This document shows positions 1 through 7,611 of a DNA stretch of 50,053 bases, in pieces. Source of the stretch: Terriglobales bacterium (GTDB lineage Bacteria; Acidobacteriota; Terriglobia; Terriglobales; Acidobacteriaceae). A program made the translations under genes and the position numbers. The notes below the pieces were generated by a model. It was given only the letters and a program-made list of their open reading frames with translations, was not told the origin of the DNA and searched no databases. The stretch is from contig DASPVG010000058.1 of assembly GCA_035622455.1 (NCBI GenBank), positions 1 to 50,053 of the forward strand. Direction: 5' to 3'. Numbering within the stretch: position 1 is the stretch's first letter; each line of letters begins with the position of its first letter.

Positions 1-427
1 GCATCAAACCCAGCGAATCCGATTCCTTTGCGATGGCAACAACACCTATCGGAAGAACATTTATCCCTCCACTCAAGTTGCCCATGGATGAGCGGCATTC
101 TACCAGCCCACAATTCGCCGTTACGACAACTGTTGAAACCGCCATTGAACTCAAAATCCCCCGTAGTAGGGGTTTTTGAGCGAGATATTGAGCGAGCGGC
201 GCGGGCTGCTATCGCGTGAGTGGTGCCACCTCAATATTGTGGCCACATACGAGGCATTGGCGAAATTGCGGTTTCGCCGATTTTCGTGTCAAATCGCACA
301 CGGTATTGAAATCCGGCATTTGATCGGCATTAAATTTGCGCGGGGCGGAACTGGCGTGAGGCCATGTGAAGTAGGGTTTTCTGGCGCTTCGTCACTTCGC
401 AGCGCCATTCGATACAATGGTGCAGCC

Positions 428-637
428 ATGCCAGGGCGAAACCTCCAGATCGTAAGATTTATCGGGACGACTCCCAGTGTTGCCTATTGCGATGTCTGCC
501 GGTTAACTTTCAGAACCCGGCAGGAATTTCTGCTCGACAGTGAGAAAGCCAAGCGGCAACTCCAATCCGATTTTGAGAAACATGAATGCAAGCCAGAGCC
601 GCGTGCGGTCGATGACGCCCTAGCGCACATTCGGTGA
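428..637 (+). CDS. hypothetical small protein (69 aa, Cys-x2-Cys ... His-x-Cys)
   Basis: Internal ATG of the 176..637 ORF. Sequence is MPGRNLQIVRFIGTTPSVAYCDVCRLTF...KHECKPE. No recognisable family and no clear SD. Lies in a coding-poor stretch. Confidence 0.2.
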   Translation: MPGRNLQIVRFIGTTPSVAYCDVCRLTFRTRQEFLLDSEKAKRQLQSDFEKHECKPEPRAVDDALAHIR

Positions 638-993
638 TCAAGCCAGTGCAGCCGGATCTCCGCCGAGTTGATGATACCCGCCGAAGCCGCTGTCCATGCG
701 GTTTCCGTGATGATTCCACATTTCAGCATTTGCGAAAAGTTTTGAGCGGCAACCGTCATCTTCGTCAGCCACCGGTGGCGATGCAGTAAAAGCCCGCCGC
801 CGCGCGGAATGCCGTGCCTGTTCAAGAGCGACGTCATTGAGCGACGGTCAAATTGACGGCCAATCGCAGCGTTTTCGCGCCGGAATCTTAGAACACGCGC
901 TAGAACAATTCGTCCCAAATGTGCCCAACTGCACGTCAACGCACCCAGGATTCCACTCTCCATGGAAACACGCTGTAACCGCGATTTTCGGCG

Positions 994-1034
994 CATTATG
1001 AGACCGTCGCTCTAACCACCTGAGCTACACCGCT
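994..1034 (-). other. tRNA-like fragment: 5' half only (acceptor 5' arm, D-arm, 5' side of anticodon stem, CAT anticodon loop)
   Basis: The minus strand reads AGCGGTG-TA-GCTC-AGGTGGTTA-GAGC-G-ACGGT-CTCATAA, a canonical tRNA layout up to the anticodon loop. The following bases (TGCGCC...) cannot pair with ACGGT. No T-arm or CACCGCT 3' acceptor arm follows. Confidence 0.45.
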
Positions 1035-1117
1035 ATCCTTTGTATACAGTTACTCGGGTTACCTTCGGGCATCCCACTTTATCCTATAGAACCGGGTTCC
1101 GAATCTTGGCAAGGGAT

Positions 1118-1570
1118 CTATTCCCAGCTCATCCTGGCAGCGGTCACAATCTCGACGGCTTTATCGACCACCGCTAGCTCGCTCGGCGTCAGTCTGGCGA
1201 AGCCCTTCGCCAGGTAGTCGATTCTTCGTCGCTGGGCTTGCTCTAGCAGATCAACACCGGAGGCAGTTGGGAAGACTCGCACGCGGCGAGCGTCTTCGGG
1301 ATCCGGGATGAGCACCCACGCACTTCGTCGCAAGCCGGCCACGATCCGGGTCATGGTAGGTGCGTTGACCTGCTCGGCCGCTGTCAATTGTCCCAGAGTC
1401 AGGGGGCCGCCAAACACCAGGACCGATAACGCCGAGAGTTGGGCCGGCCCTGCGCGACTGGCCGTATGCGTTCGCCGCACTCGGAGCAGGTGGATCGCCG
1501 TCGAATGCAGCCGGTCGGCAACTCGCTCTACCCTGTCCCTGTGCTGATCTTTTTGCTTGCTTTTGGTCAT
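1118..1570 (-). CDS. MarR family transcriptional regulator
   Basis: 150 aa with a winged-helix core (LSALSVLVFGGPLTLGQLTAAEQVNAPTMTRIVAGL...DPEDARRVRV). Divergent from a VOC gene, a typical MarR arrangement. Confidence 0.85.
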   Translation of the reverse strand: MTKSKQKDQHRDRVERVADRLHSTAIHLLRVRRTHTASRAGPAQLSALSVLVFGGPLTLGQLTAAEQVNAPTMTRIVAGLRRSAWVLIPDPEDARRVRVFPTASGVDLLEQAQRRRIDYLAKGFARLTPSELAVVDKAVEIVTAARMSWE

Positions 1571-1578
1571 CGTATATT

Positions 1579-1593
1579 GTTAGCGATGCTAAC
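1579..1593. promoter_or_regulatory. candidate MarR operator (perfect 6-3-6 palindrome GTTAGC-gat-GCTAAC)
   Basis: Read directly in the 46-nt marR/VOC divergent intergenic region, 9 nt from the marR start codon. The operator role is inference. Confidence 0.35.
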
Positions 1594-1616
1594 TAATCTA
1601 AACGAGGAGCAATGGC

Positions 1617-2030
1617 ATGAACTCGTCGACCGTGGGCCTTGGTATTACCCGTCTTGGACAAGTTGCCATCAATGCTCAAAACATCGATCGGGCCGCCGCC
1701 TTCTACCGGGATCGGCTGGGGCTCCTTCTTCTGTTTCGTACTGACAAGCTCGCTTTCTTTGATTGCGGCGGCGTGCGTCTGATGCTGACGGTCGCCGAGA
1801 AGCCTGAGTTTGACCATCCCAGTTCGATTCTCTACTTTGCGGTCCCCGATATCGTGTCCGCTCACAAGCAACTGCGAAACCAAGGGGTTCACTTTGAAGA
1901 TGAGCCGCATGTTATCGCCAAGATGCCCGATCACGATCTGTGGATGACTTTCTTCCGAGATTCCGAACAGAATCTATTGGCCCTGATGGGCGAGGTCCGC
2001 CGTGTCGGCCAAGGGTCGGAATGTAAGTAA
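1617..2030 (+). CDS. VOC (glyoxalase/bleomycin resistance/dioxygenase) family protein
   Basis: 137 aa with typical VOC pattern (ITRLGQVAINAQNIDRAAAFYRDRLGL ... HFEDEPHVIAKMPDHDLWMTFFRDSEQNLLAL). GAGGAG SD lies 8 nt upstream of the ATG. Confidence 0.85.
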   Translation: MNSSTVGLGITRLGQVAINAQNIDRAAAFYRDRLGLLLLFRTDKLAFFDCGGVRLMLTVAEKPEFDHPSSILYFAVPDIVSAHKQLRNQGVHFEDEPHVIAKMPDHDLWMTFFRDSEQNLLALMGEVRRVGQGSECK

Positions 2031-2100
2031 CCGAGCGCAACTTCAAACGCTGGCCGCTCCTGGCGCCGATGCCGAAGCTTCGCGCCTGATGTAGAGGGAG

Positions 2101-2628
2101 CTATTTCGGCAGGAACGACAAGATTCCGAGAATCCCCCCGCCAACTACCAGTAGCGCGGGGTTCACTTTGTATTGAAGCAAAATCAGCAGCACGCCAACC
2201 GCAATCGTCGCCGTTTCCAGGCCTGTGACTGCACCCTTCGCCATGGTGAAACAACCGGCGAGCAGCAGCCCAATTGAGACCGGTGCCAACCCTTGCTCAA
2301 TGGACCTCCGCCATGGCCATTTCTCCAGCCTCTTCCACAAGCGTGCCACGATAAAAGCAAGCACAGCGGTCGGACCAAAGAAAGCGAACAGCGTGGAAAC
2401 AGCGCCCAGAAAGCCCCCGGCCCATTCTCCAATAGGAACAATCATCATCATGTTGGGTCCGGGTGCCAGCTGCCCGACGCTATAGAGATGAATCAGTTGG
2501 GGGAAGGTCAGCCACTTGTGTACATCCACGGTCAGAACCTTCATTTCGGGGAAAGCTGCCATTCCACCGCCCACCGTCAGGAGCGACAAAAAAGCGAATA
2601 CCCGAACGAGGACCGGAATCTGGTTCAC
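2101..2628 (-). CDS. chrA: chromate transporter (CHR) family protein, short-chain, second half of pair
   Basis: 175 aa polytopic protein with CHR signature (GGGMAAFPEM...QLIHLYSVGQLAPGPNMMMIV). 4-nt ATGA overlap with the upstream CHR gene. Confidence 0.85.
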   Translation of the reverse strand: MNQIPVLVRVFAFLSLLTVGGGMAAFPEMKVLTVDVHKWLTFPQLIHLYSVGQLAPGPNMMMIVPIGEWAGGFLGAVSTLFAFFGPTAVLAFIVARLWKRLEKWPWRRSIEQGLAPVSIGLLLAGCFTMAKGAVTGLETATIAVGVLLILLQYKVNPALLVVGGGILGILSFLPK

Positions 2629-3245
2629 AGCGTAGGCCCTCCTTTCTCTGCCCGGCGCGGATGGTGAAAAAGAACCGCCATGATTCCAACACCGATCAAG
2701 GTTCGCGGGACCGACTGGTGCAGACGGTTGACGGCAATGACGGTGAGTGCCATGAAAACAAAGTCGAAACGGGTGGCAAGTGACTTCTTGCTGAGCTGCA
2801 CCACGGTGAAAAGGATGAGCCCTACGGCGGCCGCCGCCACCCCTTTGAGCCCGGCGGTGGCCCAGGGGTGATCACCATGCTGCCGGTAGAAGATACCCAC
2901 GATTGCCATGATGACGGCACCTGGGAGACCGATGCCAAGGATAGCGGCCACCGACCCCAGGGCCCCACGCAGCTTCTCCCCGACGAGAATCGCCATGTTC
3001 GTGGCATTCAGACCGGGCAGTGATTGGCTTATGGAGAGCATCTCCACAAACTCCTTGTCGTCGACCCACTGCCTCTTGGTCACGAGATTGTCCCGAAGGT
3101 ACGGCACTACACCCCCGAAGCTGGTGGCACCGATCATCAGAAATTCACGGAAGATCTGCCCCACCGACACGGCAGCCCTCGGCGCAGTTCGAGGGAACCG
3201 AAGCACAGGTTTTGCGGCAGCGTCACTCATGGCTTTGAGGCGCAT
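2625..3245 (-). CDS. chrA: chromate transporter (CHR) family protein, short-chain, first half of pair
   Basis: 206 aa with CHR signature (FLMIGATSFGGVVPYLRDNLVTKRQWVDDKEFVEMLSISQSLPGLNATNMAILVG). The start could instead be the internal Met at 3230. Confidence 0.85.
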   Translation of the reverse strand: MRLKAMSDAAAKPVLRFPRTAPRAAVSVGQIFREFLMIGATSFGGVVPYLRDNLVTKRQWVDDKEFVEMLSISQSLPGLNATNMAILVGEKLRGALGSVAAILGIGLPGAVIMAIVGIFYRQHGDHPWATAGLKGVAAAAVGLILFTVVQLSKKSLATRFDFVFMALTVIAVNRLHQSVPRTLIGVGIMAVLFHHPRRAEKGGPTL

Positions 3246-4188
3246 TCCCCTTCAGTCGGTAAACCATGCCCGTCTTGGTAACCCCCAGCGCCAACCAGTC
3301 CTTCACGTCGTGTTGCAACGCGAGATAGAACTGAACCGCCCGTTTCTTGGCCTTTTCCGAGACTTCCTCACGGCTGGAAAACTTCACTTGAAAGGCAAAC
3401 TCTCCTACCAAAGACCTATGCTCGCCGCGGGTTCGCCACAACCCAATGTCGCATTTGCCCACTTGGCCTTTGCCGAAGTCCAACTGACCGAGTGGAAGCA
3501 ATAATTCTTCAACGATTCCTTCGTTGACCAGCCCGATCTTCTCGTCATCCGACTTTTTCAGTACAGCCAAGGTTGGAAATACCCGAACCAGAGCGCTCAT
3601 CCCCGAGCTTCGATCGGCCTTATGCACCTGGCTCAGGCCGAACTGGCAGTTGTGGGAATAGAGGAGCCGATACCCACCGATTCGATCCTTCAGGGGAAGG
3701 GCTTCCACTTTGAACTTGATGCGATACTTCCCCCCGATCTTCGGTCTTACATCCATGGCCGTAGCTTGTCGCTCGTCGGGATGACGGAATTTGAAGACGA
3801 TCTCGGGGTCTCCCACGGGAAATCCATCCACATAAGAAATGCGGCGGCGCAGGATAAACGCGTTGTTATAGAGACGAAAGTCAGGAGTGTCTCCGAAGAC
3901 GATTTCTCTGACCTCCGGCCTTAGCCCGGCTTTGGGATCGTCGATGAAGCCCACGCCGACCTTCTTTGCAGTCTTCTCGACGATTTTGCCAAAGTCACGA
4001 AAGTTCTGTACCGATGTGAAGCGGTCGGGCTTGAGAATGAGCTTCGCCTCCAGGTAGGTGACCGTGTCGAAGGGCTGGCCGTCAGCGTAGGTCATCGCGC
4101 CAGCTGCCGCGGATCCGTAGCTGGTCGCGTCGGCCAAGTCCGCGCTCTTGCCTTTTCCTTTTTTCTTGGGACGTTTATTTTTGCCCAT
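3223..4188 (-). CDS. hypothetical protein with polybasic N-terminus; beta-rich, possibly CYTH/triphosphate-tunnel-like (speculative)
   Basis: 321-aa ORF co-directional with its neighbours. N-terminus is MGKNKRPKKKGKGKS. Repeated strands carry alternating charged residues (YLEAKLILK, FILRRRISY, EIVFKFRH, YRIKFKVEAL, GEFAFQVKF). No family is firmly recognised. Confidence 0.6.
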   Translation of the reverse strand: MGKNKRPKKKGKGKSADLADATSYGSAAAGAMTYADGQPFDTVTYLEAKLILKPDRFTSVQNFRDFGKIVEKTAKKVGVGFIDDPKAGLRPEVREIVFGDTPDFRLYNNAFILRRRISYVDGFPVGDPEIVFKFRHPDERQATAMDVRPKIGGKYRIKFKVEALPLKDRIGGYRLLYSHNCQFGLSQVHKADRSSGMSALVRVFPTLAVLKKSDDEKIGLVNEGIVEELLLPLGQLDFGKGQVGKCDIGLWRTRGEHRSLVGEFAFQVKFSSREEVSEKAKKRAVQFYLALQHDVKDWLALGVTKTGMVYRLKGNAPQSHE

Positions 4189-4244
4189 GACGGCTCCTCG
4201 ACTAGAAAGTTTGAACTCGAAGACTCTTTGTTGGCCGTCTAGTT

Positions 4245-4781
4245 CTACTTGGGTGGATAGTACTTCAGTAGTTTTTGCATGGCCTTATTCAAGTTCTTCT
4301 GGTTTTTTTCCTGGTTCGAACTCGGATCAAGCGTCTTGGTCGCAGTTCCCGTCCACACCAACTGCTTGGTGGTCGGGTCATACATATCGAGGACAAGACT
4401 CCCGACGTTGATGGTCGACTGAGTGGCCTGTCCCATGCCCCCCCCGAAGCCGCGGCCGGTGCCCCAGGCATTCCACTGCTTGTCCTGTTGGACCGCGGTC
4501 TGATAACCCACATACAGATCGGCCTTGTCGCTGTCGGTCTTGGTCAGACCTTTCGCCGATAGTTGCATATCAGCCGCCTGCTTGATTTCCGCGTCTACGA
4601 TCTGGTTCGGGTGTGCTCCACCTTCAATGTTGACCCACTTGTAGGTGTGAAATTTGGAAAAATCTACTCCCGGCATGGAGTTGTGGCGCACTTCCTGACC
4701 GATTGCCACGTTGCAGGCCACAAGTGCCACTGCCAATGTCATGCCAATCCTTAACGATGTGATCCGGTTCGTTTTTCGCAT
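4245..4781 (-). CDS. DUF4136 domain lipoprotein
   Basis: Signal peptide with lipobox LVAC. Body matches the DUF4136 pattern (FSKFHTYKWV...AKGLTKTDSDKADLYVGYQ...LVLDMYDPTTKQLVWTGTATKTLDPSS). AGGAG SD is present. Confidence 0.8.
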   Translation of the reverse strand: MRKTNRITSLRIGMTLAVALVACNVAIGQEVRHNSMPGVDFSKFHTYKWVNIEGGAHPNQIVDAEIKQAADMQLSAKGLTKTDSDKADLYVGYQTAVQQDKQWNAWGTGRGFGGGMGQATQSTINVGSLVLDMYDPTTKQLVWTGTATKTLDPSSNQEKNQKNLNKAMQKLLKYYPPK

Positions 4782-4922
4782 TGACTTACTCCTTATATTT
4801 CTCCGTGAGACACGGAGGTTTCCAGTTCTTCTTCAGACGAGTCAAAATGACCTGAGGTGCTGCGCGTCCTGCTTCTCGCCTTTAACCACAGGTTTTCCTT
4901 TCGCTTTCCTCTCTCGGCAAAA

Positions 4923-5465
4923 TCAAAGCATTCGTGGATTCGAGGGTTCTGGCATGTCGCGCGGGCCGAAAAACAGGTGCACCAATCTGCCCTCGCCAAG
5001 AACTCTTTGCAACTCGCCGAATCCGAAGAAAGGGATAAGCACCACGAAGAGGAGCACAGTCAGAGTCAGAATTCCCCTCAATGTGCCACCACCAAGGTCA
5101 GCAATACTCTGGGAGAAAGACATGCCGCGATAAAAACCAACGGCAGCGTCCTCGAGAATTTTGCAGCAAGCCAGCACAATAGAAAACAAGGCAGACTTCA
5201 GGAGAGTCGGGTAGATGAGCGGCGCATCGTCGGCTGCCTCGCCTAGGTGGAAGGCTCGAGCAATGAGGGCGAACTTCCCCAACACCAGCGCATTGATGAG
5301 TGCGATGCCCTGGGTCAGGTAACTGATGAGTTCTTCGTTCAGTATCACCGCTTTGTACACAAGGAACAGGGCGAAGACTACCCAGAGGTAAAGCACGATG
5401 ATGAGGAATTCCTTCAGCTCGCGATGGGCTCTCTGCTTCAGTGTGGTTCGAGTGGAGGTGTCCAC
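4923..5465 (-). CDS. hypothetical integral membrane protein (about 4 TM segments)
   Basis: 180 aa with a GTG start preceded by GGAGAG. Hydrophobic segments include FLIIVLYLWVVFALFLV, GIALINALVLGKFALIA, ALFSIVLACCKIL and ILTLTVLLFVVLIPFFGF. No family recognised. Confidence 0.6.
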   Translation of the reverse strand: MDTSTRTTLKQRAHRELKEFLIIVLYLWVVFALFLVYKAVILNEELISYLTQGIALINALVLGKFALIARAFHLGEAADDAPLIYPTLLKSALFSIVLACCKILEDAAVGFYRGMSFSQSIADLGGGTLRGILTLTVLLFVVLIPFFGFGELQRVLGEGRLVHLFFGPRDMPEPSNPRML

Positions 5466-5561
5466 GGTATCTCTCCATATTATGAGGGGCGACTCGAAAG
5501 CCGAGCCGCCTGTCCAACAACTAAGCCATCCCGCCGTTTAGAGCAATGCTCGATGCAGTCT

Positions 5562-5870
5562 TTATCTCCTGTTTAGTTCCTCAGCCAGAATCGGCACGCC
5601 CAGATTGCAGGCCTGCACGCCTTGCACGACGCACAGCTTCAACACTTCCATGATTTCTTCCATCGTCGCCCCGGCTTTCAGGGCGTTCTTGATGTGCCGC
5701 CGCGTACCTGGCGCGTACATATGTGTGTAGGACGCATCGAAGGCGATACTCAGAAGCTCGGTGTCCTTTGCGGAAAACACACCACTGGCGTAAATTCCAG
5801 CTCCAGTCGCCATAAACTCATGGGTCCAGACCGGATCAAGCTCAAGGAAGGGATCCAGGCATCGTTCCAT
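5562..5870 (-). CDS. carboxymuconolactone decarboxylase (AhpD-like) domain ORF; probable 3' part of a frameshifted two-domain gene
   Basis: MERCLDPFLELDPVWTHEF...ELLSIAFDASYTHMYAPGTRRHIKNALKAGATMEEIMEVLKL. This parallels the domain in the overlapping upstream ORF. Confidence 0.6.
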   Translation of the reverse strand: MERCLDPFLELDPVWTHEFMATGAGIYASGVFSAKDTELLSIAFDASYTHMYAPGTRRHIKNALKAGATMEEIMEVLKLCVVQGVQACNLGVPILAEELNRR

Positions 5871-6337
5871 TGCCCCATCGCTTTCACTTTGTCGCAGGCT
5901 GGAGTGTTTGCTTTGCGTTTCTGCGCTGGCTGCACACCTGCCGCCTGCGCCTCTTCCAGGAGGATCGGCGCTCCGAGGCTGCATGAGTGAATCGACATCA
6001 CGGAGGCCATCTTCAGCACCGTAAGAATTTCTTCACGGCTCGCACCGGCATCGAGAGCAGCGCGAATGTGCCGGCGGGTCCCATCCGGATTCAGGTTCGT
6101 GCAAGCGGCGTTGAATGCCACTGCGATCAGCTCGACGAGCTTGCGTGGCAAGACCCTGCCAGTCCATGGATTCGTGCTCATCTTGAAACATGCCGCCGCC
6201 CATCCAGGGTCCCATTCACGCAGTGTCTCCGAGCCTGAATCCCAGGGACCAGTGGGTGCGTCTTTCCCCTGGCCCCCGCTTGCTTCTTCTGCTCTCGTCC
6301 TCTCGATCACCTCTCTTGACTTTAATTGCGGGCTCAT
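5750..6337 (-). CDS. carboxymuconolactone decarboxylase (AhpD-like) domain ORF; probable 5' part of a frameshifted two-domain gene
   Basis: Start taken at MSPQLKSRE (ATG at 6337). The CMD core is ELIAVAFNAACTNLNPDGTRRHIRAALDAGASREEILTVLKM. The last ~35 aa (IPSLSLIRSGPMSLWRLELEF...) look out of frame. Confidence 0.6.
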   Translation of the reverse strand: MSPQLKSREVIERTRAEEASGGQGKDAPTGPWDSGSETLREWDPGWAAACFKMSTNPWTGRVLPRKLVELIAVAFNAACTNLNPDGTRRHIRAALDAGASREEILTVLKMASVMSIHSCSLGAPILLEEAQAAGVQPAQKRKANTPACDKVKAMGQWNDAWIPSLSLIRSGPMSLWRLELEFTPVVCFPQRTPSF

Positions 6338-6420
6338 TGATTCACTCTCGCGGGAAATTGGCCGATTTATCCGCAGGGCCCCGCGTCCAGGTTGCCCGAC
6401 GGGACCCTGCCGACATCCAA

Positions 6421-7578
6421 TTACGCCGTCCTTTTCTTCTGCTGTTCCACCACCGCCTGCGGAGGCAACATGCAAGCGGCAATCGGATGCGAATCGCCCG
6501 CGACCGGTGCGATTGTTTTCCGCCCGTCCGTCTCCCAAACGAGGAAGCCCGGGTTGTACTCCGTGGGGTTGGGTGGTAGACCGAGGTTTCTTAGCGTCTC
6601 ATCCACACTGTCGTACCACACGCCGACCTTACATATCTTTCGTGCCTCCTCGGCCGTTGCCACCTTGCGACCGAATCGCTCACACAGGCGGACGGCGCCC
6701 TCGATTTGCTGGAGCGAGGTAGCGCGCTCTCGGTTCGCTCCCCAGATGTTGTCCTCGTTCCCGACACGCACATGTTGGCCGAGAACAATCGCCATCGCGG
6801 AAATGGAAATCAAACCTCGCATGCTGGACCAGAAGGTGGCGATTGCTCCCTGTGGCGTGTCTCGAAGCATATTCAACAAGTGAAATGGATTGCGACCGAG
6901 AGTGCCTCCACCGTAAGCGCAGAGTGCCACATTCATTGGTCCCATGTACACGCCCGCCCGGATTAAGCGCTCGATGAGTTCGAGCTGGTGAACGTGCGCC
7001 GGCACGAAATACGGCTGGATGCCGTTCTTACGGAGCCGTTTGAGGTGCTCAAGATAGAAGGCCGGAGCGGCGTCCACCACCATGCCCGCCCAAGCAGCCC
7101 GCACTTTCGGGTCCTCCATGTGCGTTCCCTTGATGTCCTCTTCCTTGAACATTGAAACAATGTCCCATTGCGTGCTGCCGATCGCGACCGTTACGAACTC
7201 CGGTTTCGGGTTCAGTTCCGTCAGCATGTGCCGGGTGTCATAGTTCAGCCACTTTGCTTTCGTATCTTCGGTCTTCGGCGCGAAAGAGATTGAACCGCCG
7301 ACCTGGAGGATCATCTTCGGCACGGCTTCCTTCAGTCGTCCGAGGAAGTAGTTGTACTGATCAAAGTCCACAGAACCGTGCCCGGTTGCTGGGTTGCGCA
7401 CATGAACATGGAGCATCGTGGCGCCAGCGTTATAGCAATCGACTGCCGTTTGAACCTGCTCGTCCCAGGTGAGTGGGATGTCGCAATCGCCAGGTAGCCA
7501 AGCTGGGCCGAACGGGGCCGCGGTGATGATGAGCGGCGCCATGTTTTCTGGAAGGATGGAATCGTCTGTGTAATACAT
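6421..7578 (-). CDS. BKACE family enzyme (3-keto-5-aminohexanoate cleavage enzyme-like, DUF849)
   Basis: 385 aa. N-terminal pattern is PLIITAAPFGPAWLP...TAVDCYNAGATMLHVHVRNP, including the HxH metal motif typical of the family. Has a C-terminal extension relative to typical members. Confidence 0.85.
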   Translation of the reverse strand: MYYTDDSILPENMAPLIITAAPFGPAWLPGDCDIPLTWDEQVQTAVDCYNAGATMLHVHVRNPATGHGSVDFDQYNYFLGRLKEAVPKMILQVGGSISFAPKTEDTKAKWLNYDTRHMLTELNPKPEFVTVAIGSTQWDIVSMFKEEDIKGTHMEDPKVRAAWAGMVVDAAPAFYLEHLKRLRKNGIQPYFVPAHVHQLELIERLIRAGVYMGPMNVALCAYGGGTLGRNPFHLLNMLRDTPQGAIATFWSSMRGLISISAMAIVLGQHVRVGNEDNIWGANRERATSLQQIEGAVRLCERFGRKVATAEEARKICKVGVWYDSVDETLRNLGLPPNPTEYNPGFLVWETDGRKTIAPVAGDSHPIAACMLPPQAVVEQQKKRTA

Positions 7579-7611
7579 TCTCTAGTTTTCTCCTGTCGTA
7601 ACGTATTGGAT

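Noticed and set aside
153-177. Hairpin AAAATCCCC-loop-GGGGTTTTT as a rho-independent terminator
   Set aside because: The G:C stem is only 4 bp and there is a mismatch in the A:T extension. No supported gene ends just upstream within the window, so it is too weak to annotate.
176-637. Full-length 153-aa ORF
   Set aside because: The N-terminal 84 aa are low-complexity Arg-rich sequence overlapping other spurious ORFs. Only the distal 69 codons (428..637) look even marginally protein-like, and that call is itself weak.
940-1040. Possible complete tRNA gene (Met/Ile2, CAT anticodon)
   Set aside because: I tried to fold the 3' side and could not. There is no strand complementary to ACGGT after the anticodon loop. 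There is no GTTCRANYC T-loop with a 5-bp stem, and no CACCGCT acceptor strand. Only the 5' half is reported.
5851-5870. Programmed ribosomal frameshift joining the two CMD ORFs
   Set aside because: The junction (gcc tgg atc cc) has no X XXY YYZ slippery heptamer or obvious downstream stimulatory structure. A simple 1-nt indel is more parsimonious.
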